From Octopus sinensis (taxonomy: Eukaryota), in assembly GCF_006345805.1 (NCBI RefSeq), contig NC_043007.1, positions 52,638,001-52,702,000 on the forward strand: DNA of 64,000 nt, given 5' to 3'. Numbering within the stretch: the first letter of the stretch is position 1; every line of letters starts with the position of its first letter. Below are positions 35,788-48,934 of this stretch, piece by piece. The notes below the pieces were generated by a model. It made no database searches. It saw nothing but the letters and a program-made list of their open reading frames with translations, and was not told the DNA's origin. A program made the position numbers and the translations under genes.

Positions 35788-37454
35788 TAATCAAAAGTTT
35801 AACCGATACCGATAACTTCCCCAGAAATTCCAAATATTACTCCACGGTTAACTCGCATAAAGTTAGGATAGCTTTCTCCAACACTAAAAACCTCGCCCAG
35901 ATAATCGCCTCCCATAATAATAGGCTACTTACTAAGACCCTATCACCTTTTTCCGGAGGCACAGCCTCTTCTGCTCCCGGTTTAATGCTCAGTAGGAATA
36001 ATTATAGTAGTAATAATGATATGAGAGCCAGTACAGTGACACATAATCTCAGCTCCAGCCAAGGAGTACCCACTAGGGGTATAGTTATAAATAGGGGTGT
36101 TGTGGTTGACGGTAACAATGGGAGTAGGGTAGAGAGCCCCAATAGCAACCCCAGCATCATTTCCCGCAATAGCAGCACCACGGGCACTAGCAATGACAGC
36201 ACTCTAATAGATAGTGGAGAATCAGGGGTTATTCCTATAGTTAATAGTGACGTAGTGGAAAATAGAGTAGTAAGCGGCTGCAGTTCTCGGAACGAATATA
36301 GTGACAGGAATGCAGTTCTAATTTCAGAAACTAATCCTAGCAGAATAAGATTCACGTCGGCGAACTCCAAGATCAAAAACGCCGTCTACCAATGCAAGGT
36401 TTACACGGACTCAGATGTCTACACTTATGTAGGGGCCTCATCGTCAAGATTGGCTTTGCGAGTCTCCAACCATTACGCAACTTTTCGGGACATGAACAAG
36501 CGCCAGACCACGGGACTCAGCAAGCTAATATGGCGATTGAAGGATACGAACTCAAGCTACAGGCTGGAATGGTCAATTTTGTCGGTGGCCCTCCCATTTG
36601 ATAGGGGCAGAAGGCAGTGCAACCTTTGTGTCTCCGAACTCTTCCATATTTTGTTTGCCAGAGGCCGGATGGTAAACGGACTTTTACAGTCGGCTTTTCG
36701 ATGCCCCCATTGGCGGCGTTACACTTATCTGGCTTTTAAATAGCGTTTATAAATAATACCTGCACCCATAGCCCTTGGTAACAAATTCTGAAATAGCCTT
36801 TAAGATAATTACGATTAACCACTGCAAGGGGAATTACTCCTGTAAGATAAACGGGGCTTGGTTTTTTGACAACGGGGGTTACCTTGACAAGGCAGGTTCA
36901 GACGAACACACACACACATAAAACATAATATATTTTTTTCTGCCACCCAACGGTTCTTACTGCAGTAGCCATTGTGTAGAGCGGCTTAACCACTGACAGC
37001 CGAGCGATCAAACGCACACACTTACACAAAAAATGTTTTCTACCCCTTGACGGAGGTCTTGCCAACCTACGCCAACACACACATATATAGAACAGTATAC
37101 ACACACATGTCTCTAAGTAGATTTTTTCTCGCCCCTTATAAAACATCCAATATTCCTTAAATAGTCAGAACTTTATTCTCGGTCACAAAGAACATCTACA
37201 CACCCTCACCCACATGAATGACCGCTGCCTGACCCGTTAAATTCTTAAGCCACCGGTTCTCAACATACACTGATAAACAGTTTTGCCATGGGCTCTTAGG
37301 AGCCTAGTTCGATTTGTTTTGCTCCGCCTCTGTTCTGTTTTTGTTTTTTCCAACGGATTTCCTATTTCTTCCTGAAGAGAAAGACACAATATGGTCTCAT
37401 TATTCAATCGGATTTTGGTAAATTGTGCCTTTCGAAACACGTGTAGAATGAAAT
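35788..37454 (+). mobile_element. Penelope-like element copy C: 5'-truncated linker, GIY-YIG and 3' UTR
   Basis: KVRIAFSNTKNLAQIIASHN upstream, then ORF 35985-36743 with AVYQCKV..YVGASSS..RVSNH..CNLC..CPHW. Confidence 0.85.
37364..37454 (+). ncRNA. Intact-looking type-I HHR with a 55-nt stem II
   Basis: AUUUCUUC-CUGAAGA-GAAAGACACAAU...AUUGUGCCUUUC-GAAAC-ACGU-GUA-GAAUGAAAU. Stem III is the perfect palindrome ACACGUGU. Predicted cleavage is after 37445. Confidence 0.78.
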
Positions 37455-37700
37455 AAAACGATTTCTGTTCAATCTTCGTTCAGCTCCATTTCTTCAATTC
37501 ACCAATAATATATATATAGGGTCCATGCTAGAAGAAGATCCTCTGTGATCTTATATGCTACACCAGTGGTTTTAAATTCATATTAATCAAATTAATATTC
37601 AATTTTTCACCCTTATTACTTTTAATTTAAATTTACATGTATATATATATATATATATAGATAGATAGATGTATCATATGGATGAATATATATAGATGTG

Positions 37701-37743
<43 letters not shown>

Positions 37744-39207
37744 GCACATATATATAGATGTATATGTATAGCTCTATATGTATACATGTATGTGTAGATG
37801 TATATATATATATAGATGTACATGTAATATCTACACATATATATACACATATATACATGCATACATATATACACCCATGCACACATACACACCCACACCC
37901 ACACACATACATAAGTGCAGGTTCCAAAACACATCGTCCTCATTCAGTCCCACTGTGTGGTAAGTTGGCATGTTTTTTTTCTGCTATCTGTCTGTCTGAC
38001 TGTGTGAATCCTTAAAACGTGAGAACTACACAACCAATTTCATTCAAATTTACAATGCAAAATTTTTAATTTTCAAAAATTCCAATTCTAAAGGGTCGAA
38101 ACAAACCCGAGCAACGCTGGGCGATACTGCTAGTCTACCTATATAAAAAGGAAAAAACTTGATACTTTGTTTTGGTAAGGATTCAATGGCACTAGACGTG
38201 CTAGGATCGAGCTGCAAATGGCAGGGTACTAAATGTGTGGTGATGATCCGACCTGTGATGGTTAAAATTTGCAAGCTATAAAGATGTGGTTGCTATGACA
38301 AAGAGAGTGAAAATTGACAAGTGTTTGTTGTTTCTCTCTAATGGTTATCACCCTTTCTTCTTCCCTCTCTCTCTTTCCTCCCTTCCCCTCACTTTCTCTC
38401 TATAACAACGTTTCACAGCTTCGCCATCTCCCTGACACTCTTTCTTCCACCACCTTTCTCACTGTACTTCTGCCTCTATGTATACAGAGAAAGCGTGACT
38501 GTAGCAACAGTTTAAATATTCCTGTCTTTTAGAACACTGACATATTATCGCCCACCACCATCGCACAATCATAACAGATATTATTAATCAGATATATATT
38601 GCGTTAATTTATATATATATGTGTGTGTATATAAATATATATATAATGTGTATACATATATATCCTTACATATGGGGTTGGGAGGAAAATGGGATCTTTT
38701 CATGTTGGCCTCAATCAGATTTGATGTACATGCGTGTGTATGTGTGAGAGTGAGAGTGTGCGAGAGAGTGTGTGTGTGTGTGTTTGATGGGGTGTGCGAG
38801 ACACACACACGCAACAGGAACGCCAACTTCAAAATAACTTCGCGCTCTATCTGTCTGGCTTTTATGATACCCTTTCCCCAACCCACATATATAAGAAAAT
38901 TAAAATTTTTACAGAAAGTGACGATCTTATGTAAACAATCGCACATGGTCCAGTGACTAATCATTTAGTAATATTTCTAAGTGAATGTGATTTCAAAAAT
39001 GTAAGTTCTTTGTACAATAAGTATTTATATTTTAATTTTCTTTAAACAGACAATATTTCAATGGTTTTTAAAAATTATTTTCAATGAATACCATTTCAAA
39101 AATTCTTTTTAGCATAAATATTTCATAAAAGACCTGTTCGTAACCTCTGTGTGAAATAATTTTTTTCCAAGTGCATTCAATGTATCTCACTTCCAAATAA
39201 TAGGCTA

Positions 39208-39300
39208 CTATTTCTAGCACGCCCCGCTACCACATAACTGCTATTTGCGATAAACGACCTGAAATGCCTGTTATGTGGTAGCAGGGCGTGCAAGAAATAG
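39208..39300. repeat. 31-bp inverted repeat (2 mismatches) with a 31-nt loop
   Basis: ctatttctagcacgccccgctaccacataac (39208-39238) pairs with gttatgtggtagcagggcgtgcaagaaatag (39270-39300). Confidence 0.9.
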
Positions 39301-42300
39301 CAGCTAAATCTTTCCTTTTCTGGAGAAAGGAGCTGCTTACTCGTGGTTTCGAAGACACATTCGTTGAAAGCATGCAAAATAATCTGGAAAGAGAAGAAAA
39401 AAACCTCACGAAACAAAACTCTGCTGCTGGGAATCTCAAACTTTGCCAGTGACCCAATGGGTTACGAGTAGTCTATATATAAAGCTGAAGTTGTCTGTGT
39501 ATGGCAGGTTTGGGAGCCTTCAACGAACACTATCTCCTCCGAGACCCTGCGGCGCAAGTTGACCAAAATTGAGAGTATGATAGAAGGCTTGCTCTTCCTT
39601 CTGTAGAAGAAAAAATTCAAATCGGACCATGTTAACACCAAAAATTATTTACATCAAAAAGGTGCTTTTTTTTTATGAAAATCCCTATTTTTTACGATTT
39701 TTTTACTGCTGTGTCGCCATTTTTCGGTGTATTTCAACCAGAAAAATGTTCACTTAAAGAGAATAACAAGCTACATAATGCAAAACTTTTACTTTTCAAA
39801 AATTGCAAAGGATTCAATGGCACTAGATGTGCTAGGATCGAACTGAAAATTTACACACCTACAGAAGGCGTGGTGTAGTTACGGCCAGAGTAGGTTTCAA
39901 GTCTCTATCTCGATAACAAAGGCCCGAAACAATGCATTGTCTGCAAGTGAGTGGATGTCATACATTATTGCCTTGAGTTGTGTTCATGCAACATGTGGGA
40001 TTCTATGTGTGACTGTGCGCGTGTTTGCGCGAATGCAACGGAAAAATGGGGCAAAAACACGTTCAATTTTTGAGTTTTTCGAAAAACAAAATATGAGCAT
40101 ATACATAGAAAAATTTCCTGAATCGATTGGAGCAAATTTGAATTCTCTAGCTTGAAAAATGTAAATTCTAGCAGTTTTGATTGTGCCTTTTTAAGGAGTT
40201 CTCAGTTGAAAATGGGGTAAAAAAAATAGCTCAAAATGAGAGAATATTTTGCAGACAGAATCGCCTCAAAAATCGAACGGGAAGTGCTCTTAATCTAGAT
40301 ATATAAAGCTGAAGTTGTCTGTGTGTGCCAGGTTTTTAGCCTTCAACTAACACTAACTATATATATTGAGAGATGTATACATAGAGATGGATAAATATAT
40401 ATATATATACACACATGTATATGTATACACACATGTATATGTATAGCTCTATATGTATACATGTATATGTATAGATGTATTTCTATAGATATAGATGTAT
40501 ACATGTATGTGTAGATGTATATACATATATATATAGATGTACATGTAATATCTACACATATATATACACATATATACATGCATACATATATACACCCATG
40601 CACACATATACACACACACATAAGTGCAGGTGTGACTGTGTGGGAACAAACTTGGTTCCAAAACCCATGGTCCTGAGTTCAGTCCCACTGCGTGGTAACT
40701 TGGCATGTGTTTTCTGCTATATCTGTCTGTCTGCGTGAATCCCTAAAACTTGAGAACTACACAACCAATTTCATTCAAATTTACAATGCAAAATTTTTAA
40801 TTTTCAAAATTTCCAATTCTAAAGGGTCGAAACAAACCCGAGCAATGCCGGGCGATACTGCTAGTCAACCTATATAAAAGAGGAAAAAAACTTGCACACT
40901 TTGGCTTGGTAAGGATTCAATGGCACTAGATGTGCTAGGATTGAGCTGAAAATTGGCAGGGATACTAAATGCGTGCTGAGCTTCCGACCTGCGATGGTTA
41001 AAATTTGCAAGCTATAAAGATGTGGTTGCTATGACAAAGAGAGTGAAAATTGACAAGTGTTTGTTGTTTCTCTCTAATGGTTATCACCCTTTCGTCTTCC
41101 GTCCATCACTTTCCTACGTTCCCTTCATTTTCTCTCTATAACGGTGTTTGTAGTTTCCACTATTTTTCCCTTGCCGCTTTCGCCATCGCGGTCACTCATT
41201 ACTCTCCCATCCCCTCTCTCTCCCTCTCTTTACGCCTGTCTGCACTTTCTCTCTATAACGCCATTTCATAGCTTCGCTGTCTCTCTGTCACTCTCCCACC
41301 ACCTTTTTCACTGTACTTCTGTATGTATACAGAGAAAGCGTGACAGTAGCAACAGTTTAAATATTCCCCTCTTTGAGAACGCTGACATATTATCGCCCAC
41401 CACCATCGCACAATCATAACAGATATTATTAATCAGATATATATTGTGTTAATTTATATATATATGTGTGTATATAAATATATATATGTGTATACATATA
41501 TATCTTTACATATGGGGTTGGCGGAAAATGGGATCTTTTGATCTTTATCGGAAGATTTGATGTGCGTGCGTACGTGTGTGTCTGTGAGAGAGAGTGTGTG
41601 TGTGTGAGAGAGTGAGTGTGTGTGTGTTTGATGGGGCATGTGAGACACACACATATACACACACATACACATGCACACACACATACACACACACACACTC
41701 AAACACCGAACGACAACTTCTACATTAGACAAAAAACAATTAAAACAATATCTATGAATCTGATAAAATAGCAAACACAAAGCACTCACACATACACATA
41801 CACACACACGGAACGCCAACTTCTACATTAGACAAAACAAGAAATTAAAACAATATCTATCGTAAAAATTTTCTACTATGACTTCACATTGTCTATGTAT
41901 GTGTGTATACCTTAAAAGACGTGATTAGACCAGCAACAGACTACGTACAAATTCTTTCTTCAAACCTCCTGAAGCTGTTTTCTGCGAAGATATTTTCACT
42001 TCACTCACTCTATCTCTCTTTCTCACCCGCTTTCTCTCTTACATACACATGCGCAAGCACGCACGCCACACACATCCATTTCACATATCTTCTTTCAATT
42101 AATGCCATCTGCAAATAAAATTTTTATGGATACAACTGCTTACAAAATAGGGATTAATGTGTAATTTCTTCTATGTTCATAATTAAATAAATGTTTTAAT
42201 GATTGGACAGAGGTCCAATACCATAGTTCTCAGAAACAGACTATATACAAATTCTTTCTTCACAACTCTTGAAGCTGTTTTTTGACGGGGGTTGGGGTGG

Positions 42301-42679
42301 GTGAGAAATTTTCATACAGCTGGAGACTCCAATTGAAACAGGGGACCCAAAATGATATGGTTGAGAAATGCTGTTATAGATTATGCCTAACCAAAAACGA
42401 TCACAGTCACATCATTCAAACAGACCGGGTGAAACCGGGCTTATCTATATATATAAAACTGAGAATGTGTGTTTGTCTGTCTGTGTGTGTGAATCCCTAA
42501 AACTTGAGAACTACACAACTAATTTCATTCAAATTTTACACATGCCTTCCTTAGGGTCCATGTAGTGTCATGGGGAAAAGAATTTTTAACTTTTTGCCTA
42601 GAGCGAGCCCACAGCAATATCATTATAAATAAAAATAAAAGCAAAAAAACCTACAACTCATATAACCACTCATACGGAA

Positions 42680-43620
42680 TCCATTTTTGTGTATTGGTGG
42701 AAGGGCTGATGCCTTGGGCATTAAGCAAAAATGTTGAGGCGAGAGTGGATGGTTTTAATTGTTTTGGTGATTTGTTTATTTGATTGCTTTTTAATGGCAT
42801 GTGCAGTGGGGTAATAGTGGTGGATGGTGGTGGGTGATAGCTCGGATGTTTTTTTCCAGTTCTTTTGCTAGATTCATTATAGCTAAAAAAGAGGAAGAAG
42901 AGGTGGTTTCCTGTCTAGGGAACTGTAGGTGACTGTGGTTGTGGTTATTTTTATATGAGTGGTTATATGAGTTGTAGGTTTTTTTGCTTTTATTTTTATT
43001 TATAATGCCATTTGTCCGACGAGTCCCCGGGAGATGGGTAAAGGGGCAATCCCTGTGCAAACACAATCTGTCTCGCTGGGAATAGCGGCAGATTTGGGGA
43101 TTCCTTGTTTGAGATATTGGTGGTTGTGGTGGTGTTGTAATAGAGTATGTATTATGGTGGTTGCTGTTGTAGTTTGTGGGGTTAGAGCGTTTTGTTCCAG
43201 GTAAATGGGTGAATTTGCAGTCTCTATCAGTGCACAGTCTATGTCGAAGAGAATATCGGCAAATGATGGGGTTTCGAGTGGGTGTGTAGGTGCGTGTGTG
43301 TGTGTGAGTTGTGAGGTGTAGATGATAGTTTGTTGAAGTTTTGGCGACCTTTGTGACCTGTAGGAGGTAAATTCCTTGAGATAGCATTAGTAGTAGTAGG
43401 TAGAAGAGATGTTGACAGTGGTAATGATTGAGGAGGTTGATTCCATGAGATAGCGGTAGACAAAGATGTTTGTCGATACATAGTGGGAGTAGTACTAGTA
43501 GTAGTAAGCAGAGGAGATGGTGTTGACAATGATGATGATTGAGCTGCTGGGGCCGCAAAAGGAAGGGGTGGTGCTTCCTGCTGTGTGACCCTGACCGACG
43601 CGGAGAGGAGTAAAAACACG
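42680..43620 (-). mobile_element. LINE fragment (probably CR1-like): ORF1 C-terminus with two CCCH zinc fingers and the start of ORF2
   Basis: CRYSLRHRLCTDRDCKFTH and CRYSQRDRLCLHRDCPFTH (C-x8-C-x4-C-x3-H). Downstream I translate FLLNAQGISPSTNTQKWIPY, which resembles an APE N-terminal xNxxG motif. Confidence 0.55.
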
Positions 43621-44383
43621 TCTTTATACTTCAGCAATCAACTTATGTATATAGATGTATATGTATAACTCAATATGTATAGATGTATTTCTATAGATAT
43701 AGATGTATATATATATATACATGTATGTGTAGATATATATATATATATAGATGTACATGTAATATGTACACATATAGATACACATATATACATGCATACA
43801 TATATACATCCATACATCTATACACACACATACATACATAGGTGCAGATGTGGCTGTGTGGTAACAAACTTCGTTCCAAAACACATGGTCCTCAGTTCAG
43901 TCCCACTGTGTGGTAACTTGGCATGTGTTTTCTGCTATATCTGCCTGTCTGTGTGAATTCATAAAACTTGAGAACTACACAACCAATTTCATACAAATTT
44001 ACAATCAATGCAAAATTTTTAATTTTCAAAAATTCCAATTCTAAAGGGTCGAAACAAACCCGAGCAACGCTGGTCGATACTGCTAGACTACTTATATAAA
44101 AGAGGAATAAAACTTGCACACTTTGGCAAGGATTCAATAACACTAGATCCGGTCGGATTCACTCCAAAATTTACAACATAACACTATCAAAAGCTGTGGT
44201 TACTAGGGCAATAAAACCCCACACTTTGACAAGTGTTTGTCGTTTCTCTCTTTCTCTTATCTGCCTGTCTTCCTCCATCTCTCTCTCTTTCCTCCCTTCC
44301 TTTCACATTCTCTCTATAACAACATTTGAAACTTTCACTATCCTTCCCCTGCCACCTTAACCAGCGCTGTCACTCTTTCAACC

Positions 44384-44421
<38 letters not shown>

Positions 44422-45959
44422 CGTCTATCTGCACTTTCTCTCTATAACCATGTTTCACAGCTTTGTCGTCTCATTGTCACTCTTTCTTCCACCACGTTTC
44501 TCACTGTAGTTCTGCCTCTATCTATAGAGGGAAAGCGTGACAGTAACAACAGTTTAAATATTCCCATCTTTTAGAACAGTGACATATTATCGCCCACCCC
44601 CATCACACAATCATAACATATTAATCAGATATATTGAGTTAATCTCTTATGATAAAAGGCAGATTTTCTCTGCCTCCCAAACCGTCCGTTTTTTATACAA
44701 TTATACAATATAGAATTTCTTCAATTGGAATTTACCTATGATTTTTCGAAGTAGATTCCATTGGGTCATGGCATGTAAAGTTTTTTCAATTTCACCCCCA
44801 ATTAAGCAAAAATTCGAGAAAACTCAATATTTTACGATTTGCCTCTCTCATTTCAAGTGCTTCACTCCTTCCATTACCACTACACTTTCTCCTCCTTTCT
44901 CTTTTCAAGTGTGCAACAATTAAAGTGAAAGTATTTATATAACAGGGATGAGCCATTAATACTGGTCATCCTTTTTGCTAGAGGAAGATCCGCTATGGTC
45001 TTATATGCTACACCACTGGTTTTCAATTCATATTAATCAAATTAATATTCAATTTTTCACCCTTATTATGTGTGTGTGTGTGTGTGTGTGTGTATTAGCA
45101 ATTCGTATAAAATTGCATCAATGACTTGAACTTGAAACTCTCATTTCAAGTGCTTCACTCCTTCCATTACCACTACACTTTCTCCTCCTTTAAAATTGCA
45201 TCAATGACTTGAACTTGAATAAGTGGTTTCACATAAATGGGGATAAATTAAAAAGGTTTGTTGTTATTATTATTACTGTTTGACTATTGTAATCACATTT
45301 GTTGGTTCCTCGTCAGGGAAACGTTGTTGTGTTGCATTTGTTAAATAATTGTAAACCGTAACCCTCCCCCTTTCGGAGAAGGGGCTTTGGTTATTGTTTA
45401 AAAATTGAATTGTGTCCCTGTTTGGGGAAACTGACAATATTTTCACCGTCTTTACGGAAGCATTTTTGTTAAAATGCTTTCAATAGAAGAAAGTCCAAAA
45501 ATGAATTTCGCTGCAGCCGTACACTTCTATAGAAGAGGGAGGACAAGATCCAATTAATCGCAAGACATGGGCCTACAATTCCAGTCTGTTATATATTTTG
45601 AGTATTGTTATCACTAGTGATATCAAGATATAACTTTGCATTTTGTATCTTATGTGTAGATGTATATATATAGATGTACATGTAATATGTACACATATAT
45701 ATATATACACATATATACATGCATAATATATCTACCCATACACACATACGCACACACACACACATACATAGGGGCAGGTGTGGCTGTGTGGTAACAAACT
45801 ACGTTCCAAACACACGGTCCTGGGTTCAGTCCCACTGTGTGGTGACTTGGCATGTGTCTTCTGCTGTAGCTTCAGACCAACAAAAGCCTTCTCAGTGGAT
45901 TTTGTACATATATACAGGCAACTTTCATACCTGCCTTACATTCGAACCGGAATCTCAAA

Positions 45960-46095
45960 AACATTGTCCCCTTCAGCGCAAAGCTCAACTGCTCTATCCT
46001 GACATGGAGGGTATCAGCAATGAAATCTATAACAAAACACTCATTGACGTTGAAGACAGAATTGCTAAACTGGGTGGAAATGAATTGTCGACGCA
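45960..46095 (+). pseudogene. Helitron RepHel coding fragment
   Basis: QRKAQLLYPDMEGISNEIYNKTLIDVEDRIAKLGGNELS resembles the pre-helicase segment of Helitron Rep/helicase proteins (recalled, not searched). Confidence 0.5.
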
Positions 46096-48887
46096 GGAAA
46101 CACAACAAAAAACACTCAAACACACACATACACGTGTGTATTTGTTACAGTTGTCAATTGTTGAAAGAAACAAATGGTAAGCTAAGAAGGTGTGTGTGTA
46201 CGAAGTGAAGGATAAAAATATGGATCTTTTATTTCCGTACAGACAACATAACACTATCAACCTCATACCACTACATAGGGCATCCATTCTCTTTTAACAC
46301 AGCATGAAGTTTTGTAACAGCACATCTGCTGCCGTTCGTGGAAAACGAAGAGACCCTATTCACCTGCGAACGTTTTACACCGCCTTCCACAACTATCAAA
46401 TTCTCACAATTATGAGAACAATAACATGGCTCTTTTCAAGGCAACTTCGCATTCAATTCTTACACCATTCTACGAGGGGGTAGGAACCCCTTTACACGGC
46501 TTTCTATACACTTGCAAATACATTCATTCGCCGTAAACTTACATCAATATTTGCCTGAATAATCATCATAATTCAGTGCAATCATTAACAGTACTTTCAA
46601 GCAATTCAGCCCCGAGTATCGCCGGGCAATTCTGCTAGTTTATATATATGTGCGTGTATATATATATATATATATAATGTGTATACATATATATATATGT
46701 GTGTGTGTATATATATATAAAGTGTATATATTTGTATATATGTTTGTAGATGTATATATATATATGTGTGTAGACATGTATATATAATGCATATATACAT
46801 ATTTAATGTGTGTGTATATATATATATATATATAATCTATGCATATGTGATCAGATTCAGCTGAAAATATGCATACCTCTGTTAAAAGTGCTAGTGAGTT
46901 TGCATGGCAACATTGAGTTTGCTCAATTGAAAGGCATTGCCTCTAGGGCAAAATTCCTCATCATTTAAAATGTGACCCACATACACCCGAATGAAATCAG
47001 GTTATAATGCCGAAACAAGTAAAATGATAATAAACTATTAATCCCGAGCAAGGCCTGGTATATCTGTCTAATCTATAAAATGAAGAAGGCGAACATTGAT
47101 ACAAATTAGATTTTTATGTAAAAAGGTGTCTAAATGGGGCTCGAAGGAGATTAAAATTTACAGGAGGGCGTAACTTGAAGTGGGAAATTGATTGCGAGAC
47201 GTTTTGAGGTGCTACAGTAGTTGCTTTGGTGTGAAAACTGGGATTTTATTGATTTGGGGGGACACTTGGGGGTCTAGATCGGACACCTTTTGCCTGATTT
47301 CAATCAAATTTTAAACATGGTAAAGTGGAAGCGGATTTGTAATTTAAACACGGAAATCTAATTATTTATAAATGGGAGAGAGATAGATAGAGAAACATAA
47401 AAAGTAAGAGGAAGCGAGGGAGTGTCCGAAAGAAAGGAAGAGTAAGAGATTGGGAAAGTGAGAAAGGAGAGAGAAACAAGAGAATGTGGCGATAAGAAAC
47501 AGAAAGGAAGCAACAGAAAGTAACAACCACAACTTCACCTACATGTAGAGCTGGTTACCTTAAGCTAGTCTAATCTATAAAATGAAGAAGGCAACGGGGA
47601 TTTTATTGATTTTTGGGGACACCTGGGGGTCTAAACTGGACACCTTTTGCCCAATTTCAATCAAATTTTCAACATGGTAAAGTGGAAGCGGATTTGTAAT
47701 GTAAGAGCAGAAAATGGGTTCGAAATTTTGAAAATTAAAGCAAGATTTAAGAAACAGAAAGGAGGCAACAGAAAGTAACAACCACATCCACACTCGCGCA
47801 TAGAGCGGGTCACCTTAAGCTAGTCTATATATATAAAAGAGGCTTTGGGTCAAAATTGTGTGCACATTTTGCTACGTCAGAGGTTGACAGCTAGACCAGT
47901 GGTTGGATCGAGCTGAAAATTGACACAGACATAGAAGGCGTGATGAGGCAGAGAGTTGAGTAGGTTAAAACTCGCCATCTGGAAAGATGCGGTTGCTATG
48001 GTGGGAAGAGTGATTTTTTTATCGATTCAAGGGGGCTCTAGGCCCCTCCAGATTGGCGCGATGGGCATCTAATCTAATCTATAAAATGAAGAAGGCAAAC
48101 GTTAATACAAATTGGATTTTTATGCAAAAAGGGGTCTAAATGGGGCTGGAAGGGGATTAAAATTTACAGGAGGGGGTAACTTGAGGTGAGAAATTGATTG
48201 GGAGGCGTTTTGGGGTGCTACAGTGGTTGCTTTGTTGTGAAAATAGGGATTTTATTGATTTTTGGGGACACTTGGGGGTCTTGACTGGACACCTTTGTCC
48301 AAATTCAATTAAATTTTCAACATGGTAAAGTGGAAGCGGATTAGTAATTTAACCACGGAAAATGGGTTCAAAATTTTGAAAATTAAGGCAAGAGTTTTGA
48401 AGTTGAAAAAATTTCTCATTTTTACGTATTTTTGCCTTTTATCTTTATTGTTTACAGTTTTTATTTTTTCTGAAAGAAATTTACGGCTGCATGTAGCCCG
48501 TGTTTAGAGCTTTCATTTGCATGGTCAATCGTCGAAAAATTCCCAAAATAAGTACTAAATTTAATAAAGAAATCCTTTTTTTCCTTATTTTTAATCACTT
48601 AGATAGTGGCACGTACAAAAGGCAAGTGTGCTTTCCGTTGTCACTGCCTGATATTTATGATTGATCTTTCAAAATATTTTCTCTCTCAACTTACTCAAGA
48701 TATTTTGTTTTTTATAAATGGGAGAGAGATAGAGAAAGATAGAGAGTAAGAGAAAGGAAGAGTAAGACAGTGGGAAATGAGAGAGAAAGGAGAAACAAAG
48801 AGGGAGAATGTGGTGATAAGAAACAGAAAGGAAGCAACAGAAAGTAACCCTCACCTGTGTGTAGAGCAGGTCACCTTAAGCTAGTGC

Positions 48888-48922
<35 letters not shown>

Positions 48923-48934
48923 ATATATATATAA

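Larger units (their letters stand above)
30388..48884 (+). mobile_element. Zone rich in head-to-tail non-autonomous Helitron-type modules, with other elements interspersed
   Basis: Hairpin-plus-CTAG 3' ends at 35655, 38133, 40864, 44086, 46638, 47568, 47823 and 48884, plus a GTAG variant at 39471. Several are followed directly by a TC..ATATAAA 5' end. Internal modules recur throughout. Confidence 0.7.

Noticed and set aside
42612-43638. cagcaat as the TSD of the CR1-like fragment
   Set aside because: The sequence after the right copy does not continue the module interrupted on the left (compare 34061-34090).
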